From contig JBHLLG010000002.1 in assembly GCA_048885925.1 (NCBI GenBank), positions 32,001 through 96,000 on the forward strand: a stretch of 64,000 nt of DNA, read 5' to 3'. This stretch comes from Candidatus Hermodarchaeota archaeon (GTDB taxonomy: Archaea > Asgardarchaeota > Lokiarchaeia > Sigyniarchaeales > SOKP01). Positions within the stretch are counted from its first letter, which is position 1. Each line of letters starts with the position of its first letter. Shown one piece after another: positions 41,091-51,475 of this stretch. A program made the translations under genes and the position numbers. Below the pieces are notes generated by a model, which was given only the letters and a program-made list of their open reading frames with translations, ran no database searches and was not told the origin of the DNA.

Positions 41091-42404
41091 ATGAATGTTA
41101 TGACTGATTTTAAAATTACAAAAATTAAATCTCGATGGATTTTAGATTCACGTGGAAATCCAACTATTGAATCTGATGTTTTTGTTGGAAAAAGTTTTTC
41201 AAGAGCAGCTGTCCCTTCAGGAGCATCAACTGGTGTCTCAGAAGCACTTGAATTGAGAGATGGAGGGAAGGCTTTCATGGGAAAGCATGTGTTGAAAGCA
41301 ATTAATAATGTTAATGATATAATAGGTAAAGAATTAATTGGATTTGATGTAAGAGAGCAAACGAAAATAGATGGAAGAATGATTTCTTTAGATGGAACAG
41401 AAAATAAAAGTAATTTAGGTGCAAATGCAATTTTATCTGTATCTTTAGCAGTAGCTAAATTAGCTTCTCAGCTTACTGAAGTACCTCTATTTGTTCACCT
41501 TCATCATTTAGCATATAATAAATCTAGTGAGAATTATTTATTGCCTCTTCCATGTTGCAATATTATAAATGGAGGTGAACATGCTGGTAATAATTTATCA
41601 ATACAAGAATTTATGGTTTTACCTGTTGGTGCTAAATCGTTTTCTCAAGCAATACAAAATGCCGCAGAAGTATATCAAACATTAAAAAAATTATTATTAA
41701 AGAAATACGGACCTTCTTCGATTAATGTTGGTGATGAAGGAGGATTTGCCCCAAATATAAATTTAACTTCAGAAGCCGTGGAAATAATTATAGAAGCGAT
41801 TGAAAAAGCAGGATTTCTCTGTGGTACGGATTTTGTACTTGGAATGGATGCTGCTGCGAGTGAATTTTATGAAGATGGTTCTTATAATATTGATGGGAAA
41901 AAGCTCTCCGAGGAAGAATTATTAGAATATTATATAGATTTAATCCATGATTATCCCTTCAAATCTATTGAAGACCCTTTTCAAGAAAAAGATTTTAGAA
42001 ATTTTTCAAATTTAACTGCTAAAGTTGATAAATCAATTCAGATTGTTGATGATGATTTAACAGTTACAAATATAAAGATTCTCGAAAATGCAATCAAATC
42101 AAAAGCAGGAAATGCTTTATTACTCAAAGTAAATCAAATAGGATCTTTAACGGAAGCTATAAAAGCAGCAAAAATGTCTTTTGATAATGGATTTAATGTA
42201 ATGGTTTCGCATCGCTCTGGAGAAACAGAAGATACCTTTATAGCTGATTTAGCGGTTGGTTTATGTACTGGACAAATTAAGACCGGAGCTCCTTGTAGAT
42301 CTGATCGAAATTGCAAATACAATCAGTTGCTAAGAATTGAAGAAGTACTAGGCAATAATGCCAGATATCCAAAAAAACTAGATTCGTGGAAAGAATTTCA
42401 ATAA
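41091..42404 (+). CDS. eno: Enolase
   Basis: [50 protein letters not shown]. Confidence 0.97.
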   Translation: MNVMTDFKITKIKSRWILDSRGNPTIESDVFVGKSFSRAAVPSGASTGVSEALELRDGGKAFMGKHVLKAINNVNDIIGKELIGFDVREQTKIDGRMISLDGTENKSNLGANAILSVSLAVAKLASQLTEVPLFVHLHHLAYNKSSENYLLPLPCCNIINGGEHAGNNLSIQEFMVLPVGAKSFSQAIQNAAEVYQTLKKLLLKKYGPSSINVGDEGGFAPNINLTSEAVEIIIEAIEKAGFLCGTDFVLGMDAAASEFYEDGSYNIDGKKLSEEELLEYYIDLIHDYPFKSIEDPFQEKDFRNFSNLTAKVDKSIQIVDDDLTVTNIKILENAIKSKAGNALLLKVNQIGSLTEAIKAAKMSFDNGFNVMVSHRSGETEDTFIADLAVGLCTGQIKTGAPCRSDRNCKYNQLLRIEEVLGNNARYPKKLDSWKEFQ

Positions 42405-42417
42405 TTTAAATATTCTA

Positions 42418-43074
42418 CTAACTCATATTATTATTTTTAATGAATCTATACACGTTAACATTAATCTTTTTAGCTCTTCGATTGTGAAAAGGAAAAGATT
42501 TTTCTAGAACCATAGTAAAAGGAAATACATTATCTATTTTCCAATCAAATTTCTTAATGTAGCTTAAAATAAATTTATGGACTTTCTCATTTGCTAAATG
42601 AATAGAATAGATAGTATCTGAAAAAGAGAATGCTTTAACTAAAAACCTTCTATCAGCATATTTCGTTTGAACTCCAAATGGAGGATTCATAATAGTTGTT
42701 ACTTTCATTTTCTCAGGAATATTTTTTTTTGAAATCTCAAAGTATTCAATATCTGCGCAAATTGGAAAAATGATGTTATCTAATTTTAACTTAAGAATGT
42801 TTTTTCTTAAAATATTTAATGCACCTAAATCAATATCAATACTTAGAACATAACTGGCTTTTAAAAGTGCGCTTGCGATAGATAATCTTCCTGTTCCAGC
42901 ACCTAAATCTATAATAATATTTTCATTAATATCATTAAATTCAAAACCCGCATAGTATATAATATCTACTGCACAGCTTGCATCAATACAATATTGTTCT
43001 AGTTCAACTTTAGGATTTGTAAATGTTTCTGTTTTTTGAACAATAAAAATTAATTGTTTTTTATTAATATTCAT
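42418..43074 (-). CDS. METTL5-family RNA methyltransferase
   Basis: PKVELEQY, DLGAGTGRL, MNPPFG, FPFH. Confidence 0.9.
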   Translation of the reverse strand: MNINKKQLIFIVQKTETFTNPKVELEQYCIDASCAVDIIYYAGFEFNDINENIIIDLGAGTGRLSIASALLKASYVLSIDIDLGALNILRKNILKLKLDNIIFPICADIEYFEISKKNIPEKMKVTTIMNPPFGVQTKYADRRFLVKAFSFSDTIYSIHLANEKVHKFILSYIKKFDWKIDNVFPFTMVLEKSFPFHNRRAKKINVNVYRFIKNNNMS

Positions 43075-43168
43075 CTGAATACTCTTTTAAATTGAATACA
43101 TCAAATTTATTTATCTTATTAAATACTATTTACATAGATTAGAAAAGAGTCTGAGAAATTAAAAACTA

Positions 43169-43780
43169 TTGTTGATATTGTTGAGTAAGAAGAATATAGA
43201 TGATGATGAAATTGTTTTAACTGGTCAATATATTGGAGTAGTAGAAGAATTCCTTCCTGATAAACAATCTACATTTATCAAGGACGGTAAAATTTTTGCT
43301 AGTAAAACAGGACTAGTAAATATTAATAATAAAGAAAGGAAACTTGAAATACAAACACATCAAGAACAAGATCGAAAAACTGTTAAAATTGGGGATATAG
43401 TTATTGGAACAATTGTTTTTTTGCGAAAATTTTCTGTCGGAATTAATTTTTTTACAATAAATAAAAAAATCCATTTCAACTCTGGATATTTTGGAAATGT
43501 TCACGTTTCACAGATTTCAGATAAATATGTTGAAAAAATCAACGATGCTTTTCAAATTACAGATATTTTGCGTGCCCGCGTGATTGAGCAAGAATATAAT
43601 GAATATAAGTTAAGTACTGTTGGTAAAAATCTAGGAATAATCTATGCTGATTGTGTAATTTGTGGAAATTCTCTTACAAAAATTGGATATAATAAATTGA
43701 AATGCATGAGATGTGGAAATATTGAAACCCGAAAATTAGCTAGTGATTATGGAAATGTAAATGATAACTTAAGATTTTAA
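43169..43780 (+). CDS. csl4: Exosome RNA-binding subunit Csl4
   Basis: IGVVEEFLP, S1 domain HVSQISDKYVE...DILRARV, LGIIYADCVICG...CMRCGNIETRKLASDYG. Confidence 0.92.
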   Translation: MLILLSKKNIDDDEIVLTGQYIGVVEEFLPDKQSTFIKDGKIFASKTGLVNINNKERKLEIQTHQEQDRKTVKIGDIVIGTIVFLRKFSVGINFFTINKKIHFNSGYFGNVHVSQISDKYVEKINDAFQITDILRARVIEQEYNEYKLSTVGKNLGIIYADCVICGNSLTKIGYNKLKCMRCGNIETRKLASDYGNVNDNLRF

Positions 43781-43825
43781 ATTACCTTTTTAAATAGAGA
43801 TTTAAAAAAAAATGCGTGCTCATTA

Positions 43826-44044
43826 TTGAAGAAAACAGGAAAAAAAGTTATTCATTTCTATAATAATAGTGGTTCCTTGGATAATACTATTCAATTTCTT
43901 GAAAATATTAAAAAAAAAATAAATTATTTAAATCTGAATGTATCTGTGGATGGCAAAATAATAAAAGTTACTCTTTTTGGATCACGAGATCTTCAACATT
44001 TAGCAACAGAAAGACTAAAAGAATTAGCTAATCGATACTTATAA
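43826..44044 (+). CDS. Small hypothetical protein (possibly DUF2067-related)
   Basis: 72-aa ORF between csl4 and rpoL, where DUF2067/COG3286 genes commonly sit in archaea. Confidence 0.55.
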   Translation: MKKTGKKVIHFYNNSGSLDNTIQFLENIKKKINYLNLNVSVDGKIIKVTLFGSRDLQHLATERLKELANRYL

Positions 44045-44141
44045 GAATTCAGTATCTTATTCCTAAAACCATAAAAAATTTATTTGATTTTACATATTTT
44101 TTATTAAGCTCACTTAATCTTAAACACAAAAAAAGATAATA

Positions 44142-44651
44142 ATGGCTAAAAAAAAGGCAGTCAAATCAAAAGATCTAGAAGAGGATGAACTTGATGAATT
44201 TATTGATGAATTTTTAGAAGATGATAAAGTTGAAACCATCTTTCCAAAAACAGATCAAAAAGAAAAAAGTAAACCACCTATACCGGATGAAGATGAATTT
44301 GATATCAGTGAAATACCGGAAGAAGAATTAGAATTTGAACTCGAGGAACCAGAAAGATTTCCTGAATATAAATATCTTAATCTGAGATTAAATAAAGGAG
44401 AAAGCGATAATGATTTTGAACTGATTGTTGAGGGTCAATCGCACGGATTCTGTAATATTCTTGTTAAACATTTGTTATCAATAGAGGGTGTTAATATTGC
44501 TGCGTATAAAGCAACTAATATAAATCCCGCACAAGTTTATATCCGTCTTGAAAATTCTAAATATAATATTAAAGATATTCTAAATAAAGGAATTGAATCA
44601 TTAAGAGAAGAAGTTATAAAAACTCAGAAATTATTTAAAAAACTAACTTAA
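44142..44651 (+). CDS. rpoL: RNA polymerase subunit Rpo11/RpoL with acidic N-terminal extension
   Basis: ELIVEGQSHGFCNILVKHLL...GVNIAAY resembles the RpoL GEDHT..N.L motif; csl4-rpoL synteny. Confidence 0.8.
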   Translation: MAKKKAVKSKDLEEDELDEFIDEFLEDDKVETIFPKTDQKEKSKPPIPDEDEFDISEIPEEELEFELEEPERFPEYKYLNLRLNKGESDNDFELIVEGQSHGFCNILVKHLLSIEGVNIAAYKATNINPAQVYIRLENSKYNIKDILNKGIESLREEVIKTQKLFKKLT

Positions 44652-44708
44652 AGCTCTATTTTCTTTTTTATGAAAAATTTATAAGATCTCTATATTCAAC
44701 CTATCATA

Positions 44709-45176
44709 ATGGATTATGATTTTTTAATTAAAGATTTACACCTCAATAAATCTCAAAAGAGTATTGGAACAGATAAAGGTTTAGCTAAAATTGGAGATGG
44801 AATTGTAAATTTAACATATTCCGTAGCAAAGTCTATCTTTTTAACAAAAAATAATCCAAATAAAAAGATTGTTAGAACAGGAAAAAAAGTTGGTAAAAAT
44901 ATCTTAGATACCGCATTAAAAAATGCCAATATGAAGAGTTATGCTAAAACGAGAGCCAATGCTCATGACCTTGCAGACACTGTTGAGTCCTTAATTGCAT
45001 ACATATGGCTTAATAATAAAATGACAATAAAAGAGATAATCAATTTCCTAGTTGAAAATCTTTCTGGTGATCTTAATAATAGAAATGAAGAAATTAAAAA
45101 CGCAACCACCGCATTTACAAATCTGTTAAACTTTATTAAAAAGTTTTTACCTGAGAAAAAAAAAGATGAAAGATAA
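44709..45176 (+). CDS. Archaeal RNase III-domain (mini-III-like) protein
   Basis: DKGLAKIGDGIVNLTYS and LADTVESLIAYIWL. Confidence 0.78.
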   Translation: MDYDFLIKDLHLNKSQKSIGTDKGLAKIGDGIVNLTYSVAKSIFLTKNNPNKKIVRTGKKVGKNILDTALKNANMKSYAKTRANAHDLADTVESLIAYIWLNNKMTIKEIINFLVENLSGDLNNRNEEIKNATTAFTNLLNFIKKFLPEKKKDER

Positions 45177-45726
45177 TCCCATAACAATTGGATTTGATGA
45201 TGCACCATTTGATTTCTATTCAGATAAAAAATATACTCATTTAGTTGGAGTTGTTTGTCAAGGAACAAGATTGGTTAGTGTTATACAAGACAGAATTACA
45301 ATAGATGGAGAGGATGCTACTGAAAAAGTAATACAACTAGTTAAGCAAAATGAAAAACATATACAATATATTTTAACACATACGATTACTTTTGGTGGAT
45401 TTAATCTTATCAATCTAAAAGAAATCTATTCTAATATTGAAAAACCTATCATTGCAATAACAGAGAGAGAAGTTGATCTTGACTCTGTTAAAAATGCTCT
45501 AATACACAAGTTTCCAGATAGGTATAAAAATAAATTAAAGCATATTATCGATGCTGGAAATTTGTATGAAACAGAAATAAAAACCGCTGGAGGCTTATCC
45601 AAATTATTTTTTCATTGTAAAGGTATTTCAATCGAAGATGTAGAATCTCTCCTTGAAAAAGTCTGTATTGATTCCAAACTACCAGAATCAGTAAGAATTG
45701 CTCATTTAATTGGGAAAATTTTCTAA
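45166..45726 (+). CDS. DUF99 family (endonuclease V-like) protein
   Basis: IGFDDAPF, ITIDGEDATE, ITFGGFN, KLPESVRIAHLI. Confidence 0.88.
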   Translation: MKDNPITIGFDDAPFDFYSDKKYTHLVGVVCQGTRLVSVIQDRITIDGEDATEKVIQLVKQNEKHIQYILTHTITFGGFNLINLKEIYSNIEKPIIAITEREVDLDSVKNALIHKFPDRYKNKLKHIIDAGNLYETEIKTAGGLSKLFFHCKGISIEDVESLLEKVCIDSKLPESVRIAHLIGKIF

Positions 45727-45741
45727 TATACAATTGTTCTA

Positions 45742-46212
45742 TTAATCTGTTTCGACTTCATATTCTAGGATTTCACGAATTCTATCACGTAAGTCAAATC
45801 TTATAGCAGACATTCCATATGTGGTAATCCCTAATTTTTTTTGAACTGTTTTTGCTTTTAAAGCACCAGGAAGATCTTGTTTATTAGCTATAGCAATAAT
45901 CTTGGTATTCATATATCGCGAAAACTTCTTATAAATCTCCTTAGTCTTTTCTATGTTATCTTCAGTCGAATCGCATACCAAAACTGTTAATCCTGCTCCT
46001 CTTAAAAAATCCTGCCACATGAAATGATAACGTTCTTGTCCCCCAAAATCCCAAATATTAACCTTTTTTCCATTAAGTTTAGAATTCTCAATCTCTAATC
46101 CTACTGTTGGTGTTGTTTCATTTGGTATTTCTCGTCCTTGAAGTAAAGATACTAATGATGATTTCCCAACACTGCTCAACCCTAAAAAACAAATTTTGGT
46201 TTTAGTCGAAAG
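45742..46212 (-). CDS. Arf-like small GTPase; true 5' end unresolved
   Basis: The open frame extends upstream of the track start as LSTKTKICFLG-LSSVGKSS; PTVG, WDFGGQE, ANKQD, SA. No in-frame ATG/GTG/TTG precedes beta1. Confidence 0.82.
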   Translation of the reverse strand, partial: LSTKTKICFLGLSSVGKSSLVSLLQGREIPNETTPTVGLEIENSKLNGKKVNIWDFGGQERYHFMWQDFLRGAGLTVLVCDSTEDNIEKTKEIYKKFSRYMNTKIIAIANKQDLPGALKAKTVQKKLGITTYGMSAIRFDLRDRIREILEYEVETD

Positions 46213-46224
46213 AACCTCAAATCA

Positions 46225-46260
46225 ACCTTTTCTAAATAAACCTTTTTATGTAGAAAAGGC
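46225..46260 (-). other. Long hairpin immediately upstream of the Arf-like GTPase
   Basis: GCCUUUUCUA pairs with UAGAAAAGGU (10 bp), plus inner AUAAA/UUUAU around a 4-nt AAGG loop. Confidence 0.65.
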
Positions 46261-46470
46261 AAATAAAGCTTCAAAAAAGAAAATAATATTCGTATATCAT
46301 GGGAATATTCCAATAGAATTTAATAATAGTTGAATTTTAAATTTAAAATTTAAAAAAAAAATTCTAATTTGAACATAAAAATCCTAATTAGATTAACTTT
46401 ATAAACTATTTTAAAAAAATAATCAAATTAAAATAAGAATATAAGAAAAAATTTCTAAAATAGAGTTTTT

Positions 46471-47766
46471 TTATGATCCAGTCTCAATTTCTTTGACTAT
46501 ACCTACTGCTACGGTTCTGCCCATATCTCGTACAGCAAATCGACCCATTTCTGGAAATGCTTCATACTTTTCGAGACACATTTTCTTGATAGGTATTAAC
46601 TCCACAAGAGCAGATTCATTTTTCTTGAGAAACTTTGGTGAATCCTCAATCACGGCACCAGTCTTTTGATCCATCTTTTTAAGCAAGCTGGAAAATTTAG
46701 CAGCAACTTGTGCTGTATGAGCATGAATTACAGGAGTATAACCTTGTGCAATCGCAGTAGGATGCCAAATTACTATAATCTGCCCAGTCCATTTACCATT
46801 TGGGTTGATTACAGTTGGTGGGTCGCTTGGATGGCCAAGACAATCGCCACGGCTAGCATCTGCCATTGTAATACCTCTAATACTGAATCCTACGTTGTCT
46901 CCGGGAATAGCTTGTGGAATTTCTTCATGATGCATTTCTATAGATCGTACTTCTCCTTGGAAACCAGTGGGCATTATAATAATCTTATCTCCTTTCTTTA
47001 AAATTCCAGTTTCTACTCTACCAACAGGAACGACTCCAGTTCCTTTGATTCTATAAGAGTCCTGGATAGGGAGTCTTAACGGTTTGCCAGTAGGTTTCTC
47101 AGGAAGAACAAATTGATCAATTGCATCAATCAACGTTGGACCATCATACCATGGCATTTTGTCGCTTTTCTTTGAGAGATTTTGCATCTGCATACCTGAA
47201 CAGGGAACAAAAGGCACATCCTTGAGCTTGAAACCAATATTTTTTAGAAGATCTCCGACAGCTTCTTTAACTTCATTATATCTTGCCTCAGAATAATCAT
47301 ACACATCAGCTTTATTAACTGCTACAACAATTTGTTTTACGCCTAAAGTTTGAGCCAGATATGCATGTTCCCGAGTCTGCCCATTAGCGGCGATTCCAAC
47401 CTCCATCTCACCTTTCTTACCGGAAACAACTAAGATTGCTGCGTCAGCCTGGCTTGCGCCGGTTATCATGTTCTTAACAAAATCCGCGTGGCCTGGTGCA
47501 TCGATTATTGTGAAGTATTTTGATTTAGTTTCAAATTTTCGAAATGCAAGATCGATAGTGATACCTCGTTGTCTTTCTTCTTTTAATCTATCAAAAACAA
47601 AGGCATATGACCATGATTCTCGATCGTATTCTTTCGCAAGTTTTTCTAACTCACGAGCTTCTCTGTCTGTTACAGCGCCAGTTTCGATTAGTAAAGCACC
47701 CATCATGGTACTTTTACCGTGGTCAATGTGCCCTATTATCACAAGATTTAAATGCTCTTTCATCAA
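46471..47766 (-). CDS. tuf: Translation elongation factor 1-alpha (aEF1A)
   Basis: GHIDHGKST, ERQRGITID, DAPGH.DFVKNMITGASQAD, GQTREH, NKAD, MGRFAVRDMGRTVAVG. Confidence 0.97.
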   Translation of the reverse strand: MMKEHLNLVIIGHIDHGKSTMMGALLIETGAVTDREARELEKLAKEYDRESWSYAFVFDRLKEERQRGITIDLAFRKFETKSKYFTIIDAPGHADFVKNMITGASQADAAILVVSGKKGEMEVGIAANGQTREHAYLAQTLGVKQIVVAVNKADVYDYSEARYNEVKEAVGDLLKNIGFKLKDVPFVPCSGMQMQNLSKKSDKMPWYDGPTLIDAIDQFVLPEKPTGKPLRLPIQDSYRIKGTGVVPVGRVETGILKKGDKIIIMPTGFQGEVRSIEMHHEEIPQAIPGDNVGFSIRGITMADASRGDCLGHPSDPPTVINPNGKWTGQIIVIWHPTAIAQGYTPVIHAHTAQVAAKFSSLLKKMDQKTGAVIEDSPKFLKKNESALVELIPIKKMCLEKYEAFPEMGRFAVRDMGRTVAVGIVKEIETGS

Positions 47767-48141
47767 TTTTCATCAATTTCCTTTATTTTTAATTTGTAAT
47801 GTTTATAAATATTTAATATCAATAATAATTATTTTTATTAGATGTTAATTTTAAATGTTGTTGAATTTATATTTTTTACTATATTTAAGCGTAATTATCT
47901 TGTATAAATAAGTATCGTTATAAATTTGTGGAAGATTATCTGAGATGCCTTATCTAACTTCAAGTGAAGTTCAACATTTTAAACTATATATTGGTCAAAA
48001 TCATAAATTGTAATATTCTAGATAAAAAAGTAGTAAAAACGCAATATTTAGAATAAAGAATTTAGAATCAAATAAGAAATATAAATGAGATGAAATTTAG
48101 CATTATAACAATCAGAATTATTTAAAGATTAAGGTTTTTAT

Positions 48142-50007
48142 ATGGTAAATGGCTATACTGGCAATATTCTTAGGGTAAATTTGACAGAAGAAAAAATCTC
48201 AATTGAAAATCCTGATGAAATTTTTTACCGACGTTATATTGGTGGTGAAGGTTTTGTTGCTTATTATCTTCTTAAAGAGTTAGAGCCTAAAATAGACCCC
48301 CTTAGTCCTAAGAATAAGTTAATTTTTGCTAATGGTCCCTTGACTGGATTTGCGATCCCTGGTACAGGTCGAAATAGTGTAGGTGCTAAATCGCCTTTAA
48401 CAGGTGGATTTGGTGAAGCAGAAGTTGGAGGACATTGGGGCGCAGAGTTGAAACACGCTGGATTTGATGCGATAATATTTGAGGGTAAAGCAGAGAATCC
48501 AGTTTATCTTTGGGTTCACGATGGAGAAGCTGAGATAAAGGATGCAACTTATCTTTGGGGTAAAATTACTGGCGAAGCAGAAGAACTTATTAAGAAAGAA
48601 CTGGATGATAAATTTATTCGTGTAGCTCAAATTGGTCCAGGAGGAGAACGTTTAGTTCGTTATGCGTGTGTTATTAATGATTTAAGAAATGCTGCGGGGC
48701 GTGGGGGAATGGGTGCTGTAATGGGATCTAAAAATCTAAAAGCTGTGGTAGTTAGAGGACATAAAAGACTTGAAGTAAAAGATAAAAAAAAAATGAGGAG
48801 ACTAATAAAGGAGTATTATGATGTAGCGTATAAGCCATATGCAAGTTATTTTGAGCATGGTACAGGAGGAGGAATGATGGAGAGGTTTGCAGAATCAGGA
48901 AATCTTCCGATAAGAAATTTTAGAGATGGTAATTTTTTGGGGGCCAAATCGTTAGATCCAAGTATTACGAAAGAAGAAATAAACCTTAAGATGAATGCTT
49001 GTTATGCATGTTCGCTTCGATGTAAGAAAGTTGTAGAAATTAGAGAACCATGGAATGTTGATCCTATGTATGGTGGTCCTGAATATGAATCTATAGCTGC
49101 TTTTGGATCAAATTGCGGAATAGATGATATGAAAGCTGTTTGTAAAGCAAATGAGCTATGTAATAAATATTCATTAGATACTATATCTACTGGAGTTTCC
49201 ATTGGGTTTGGGATGGAATGTTATGAGAATGGAATTTTGTCTGATAAAGATACTAATGGAATAAAATTAAATTTCGGAAATGCTGAAGCTATGATCCAAA
49301 TGGTTGAAATGATTGCTAAGCGTGAAGGTTTAGGTGATATTTTAGCTGAGGGTGTAAGAAGGGCAGCTGAAAAGATTAAAAATGGATCCGAAGAATTTGC
49401 AATGCATGTTAAAGGACAGGAGATTCCTATGCATGAACCTCGCTTAAAAAAAGGATTGGGGGTTGGTTATACAATTTCACCTACGGGTGCGGAACATATG
49501 GCAAACATGCATGATACATCTTTTGCAAGTGAAAGAGCAATAGGCACTCATAGTGCTATAGGTATTTTGGAACCTCTTGAGCCAGATGATCTAAGTGCAA
49601 AAAAAATTCGCATTTTAACTTATTTTACTAATTGGCAAAATTTATCCAATGCATTATTGATATGTTACTTTTTACCTTGGGATTATGTTGATATTCCAGA
49701 AATGGTTAGAGCTGTAACAGGATGGTATACTTCAGCGTGGGAATTAATGAAAGTAGGTGAGAGAATTACAACTATGGCAAGAGTTTTTAATATAAGAGAG
49801 GGATTTACAGATAAAGATGATTGGTTGCCTAAAAGATTTTTCAAGCCGACTACTTCAGGAGCTCTTGTAGACACTCAAATTAATTCAGAAGAATTAAAAT
49901 ATGCAATCAATATATATTATAAAATGATGGGCTGGAGTGATAAGGGTGTACCCACAAAAGTTAAGTTAGAAGAATTAGATATAAATTGGCTTTCTAAATA
50001 CCTCTGA
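48142..50007 (+). CDS. aor: Tungsten-dependent aldehyde:ferredoxin oxidoreductase family protein
   Basis: GYTGNILRVNL, KSPLTGG, AGRGGMGAVMGSKNLKA, CYACSLRC, GPEYE, DTISTG. Confidence 0.93.
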   Translation: MVNGYTGNILRVNLTEEKISIENPDEIFYRRYIGGEGFVAYYLLKELEPKIDPLSPKNKLIFANGPLTGFAIPGTGRNSVGAKSPLTGGFGEAEVGGHWGAELKHAGFDAIIFEGKAENPVYLWVHDGEAEIKDATYLWGKITGEAEELIKKELDDKFIRVAQIGPGGERLVRYACVINDLRNAAGRGGMGAVMGSKNLKAVVVRGHKRLEVKDKKKMRRLIKEYYDVAYKPYASYFEHGTGGGMMERFAESGNLPIRNFRDGNFLGAKSLDPSITKEEINLKMNACYACSLRCKKVVEIREPWNVDPMYGGPEYESIAAFGSNCGIDDMKAVCKANELCNKYSLDTISTGVSIGFGMECYENGILSDKDTNGIKLNFGNAEAMIQMVEMIAKREGLGDILAEGVRRAAEKIKNGSEEFAMHVKGQEIPMHEPRLKKGLGVGYTISPTGAEHMANMHDTSFASERAIGTHSAIGILEPLEPDDLSAKKIRILTYFTNWQNLSNALLICYFLPWDYVDIPEMVRAVTGWYTSAWELMKVGERITTMARVFNIREGFTDKDDWLPKRFFKPTTSGALVDTQINSEELKYAINIYYKMMGWSDKGVPTKVKLEELDINWLSKYL

Positions 50008-50059
50008 ATTACGAATTTTCTTAAATAAAGCACAATATTTTTCTTATTTATTATTTTTT

Positions 50060-50512
50060 TTATGTTTCCAAATTAGAGAAATATTCCCCTTTTAAATCAT
50101 AAAATAATTCTTCCCTATTTTCTCTTATCAATTGAAAGATTTCATCCATTTCTGTCTTAAAATTGTAAATATTTCCTAAAGAATCAGAGATCTCTTCTAT
50201 AGCTTTATCACTTTTAAATTTTTGAAATACTAATTCAAGATCATAAATATTGACGGAAGTCTCTTTAAAAAAGTCTAAAAGATGGTGCAAATAAAGCGCT
50301 TTAATATAACTTTTCTTAAGTTTATTTTTTTCATTAAAATATTTTAATTGTTGAACAAAGATGCTATCATTATTTTTTTCAAAATCTATGATATTATCTC
50401 TATAAAATGTCCAATTAAAACCATAATCTAAAGCAATATTTACAATATTTGCTACATCTTCATTAATACCCGCTTTTTTCGCCCATTTGATATGAATTAA
50501 CCAATTGGGAAT
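50060..50512 (-). CDS. Hypothetical protein (150 aa), probably initiated at ATT; possible metal-binding helical hydrolase
   Basis: The frame stays open for 74 codons upstream of the track start, to ATT-CCC-AAT-TGG (MPNWLIHIKWAKKAGI), with SD-like AAGTGA 6 nt upstream; later HHLLD motif. Confidence 0.65.
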   Translation of the reverse strand: MPNWLIHIKWAKKAGINEDVANIVNIALDYGFNWTFYRDNIIDFEKNNDSIFVQQLKYFNEKNKLKKSYIKALYLHHLLDFFKETSVNIYDLELVFQKFKSDKAIEEISDSLGNIYNFKTEMDEIFQLIRENREELFYDLKGEYFSNLET

Positions 50513-50632
50513 TTTTAATCACTTTTCATTTATGTATTTTATTTTAAGATAAAAAAAAATAAAAAATCATAGAATATTAAATTAAATTAAGAAATAAAAA
50601 AAAAAATAATTAATACCCGAGTTATCAATACC

Positions 50633-51451
50633 ATGGTAAAGAGCAAAACAAAATTCCCAAGAGAAGGAGAGTTTGTTATTGCTAAAGTAACAGAGATACA
50701 AGATCAGTATGTGTACGTAGATTTAATTGATTATGAAGGTTTGGAGTCAGAACAATGCGCAAAAGGTATGATACATGTATCAGAAATAAGTTCACGCTGG
50801 ATTAAAAATATTCGCAATTATGTTCGAGTTGCTCAAAGAATTGTTCTAAGAGTATTGAGAGTAGATCCAATTAAAGGTCACATTGACCTATCATTAAGGC
50901 GAGTCAACTCTGCTCAAAGAGAGATTCGCCTTAAGGAATGGAAATATGCTTTAAAATTAGAAAATTTACTACAATTCCTTCTAGACACAGAAGTTATTGA
51001 TATGACTCTTGATGAAGCATACAATTTAATAGGCTTTCCTGTCTTAGAAGAATTTGATTCTTATCAAGAAGCAATTGAAAGTCTGAAAGAGAATGGAGAA
51101 GAAATACTCGCTGATTTAGAAATATCAGATGATATCATAAGTGTTTTTTTGAAAATAATAGATGAAAATGTAAAAATTTCAACGGTAAGTATTAGCGGTA
51201 AAATTAAATTAACATTCAATTCAGCAAATGGGATAGATCAAATAAAAGAATCATTAATAGAAGCGTCCAAAGTAATCAAACCGAAAAAAACAAGAAATAT
51301 TGCTATTCATTATATTGCAGCACCCTTTTATAGGTTAGAGGTAGTTTCAAAAGATTATTTAGATGCCGAAAACATTTTAGCAGATGCATTAGAAATAATT
51401 GAACATAAAGCTCAAAAATATGGTGGAACTTATGAATTTATTCGAGATTAA
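50633..51451 (+). CDS. eif2a: Translation initiation factor aIF2 alpha subunit
   Basis: FPREGEFVIAKV, IHVSEISSRWIKNIR, VLRVDPIKGHIDLSLRRV, YIAAPFYRL. Confidence 0.95.
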   Translation: MVKSKTKFPREGEFVIAKVTEIQDQYVYVDLIDYEGLESEQCAKGMIHVSEISSRWIKNIRNYVRVAQRIVLRVLRVDPIKGHIDLSLRRVNSAQREIRLKEWKYALKLENLLQFLLDTEVIDMTLDEAYNLIGFPVLEEFDSYQEAIESLKENGEEILADLEISDDIISVFLKIIDENVKISTVSISGKIKLTFNSANGIDQIKESLIEASKVIKPKKTRNIAIHYIAAPFYRLEVVSKDYLDAENILADALEIIEHKAQKYGGTYEFIRD

Positions 51452-51475
51452 TATATTAAATAAAAAGTTATAAAA

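Noticed and set aside
42038-42070. Enolase QIVDDDL instead of the usual QIVGDDL
   Set aside because: Single substitution with the metal ligands and other catalytic motifs intact; no basis for altered function.
46180-46220. Programmed -1 frameshift (TTG AGG TTC...GTT TTT TAG into TTT TTA GGG) to supply the GTPase start
   Set aside because: The T-TTT-TTA heptamer is phased in the GTPase frame itself, not the upstream frame, and I see no downstream stimulatory structure. Not excluded, but less supported.
46302-46350. Short palindromes GGAATATTCC and AATTTTAAATTTAAAATT
   Set aside because: Single occurrences in very AT-rich DNA; compatible with chance.
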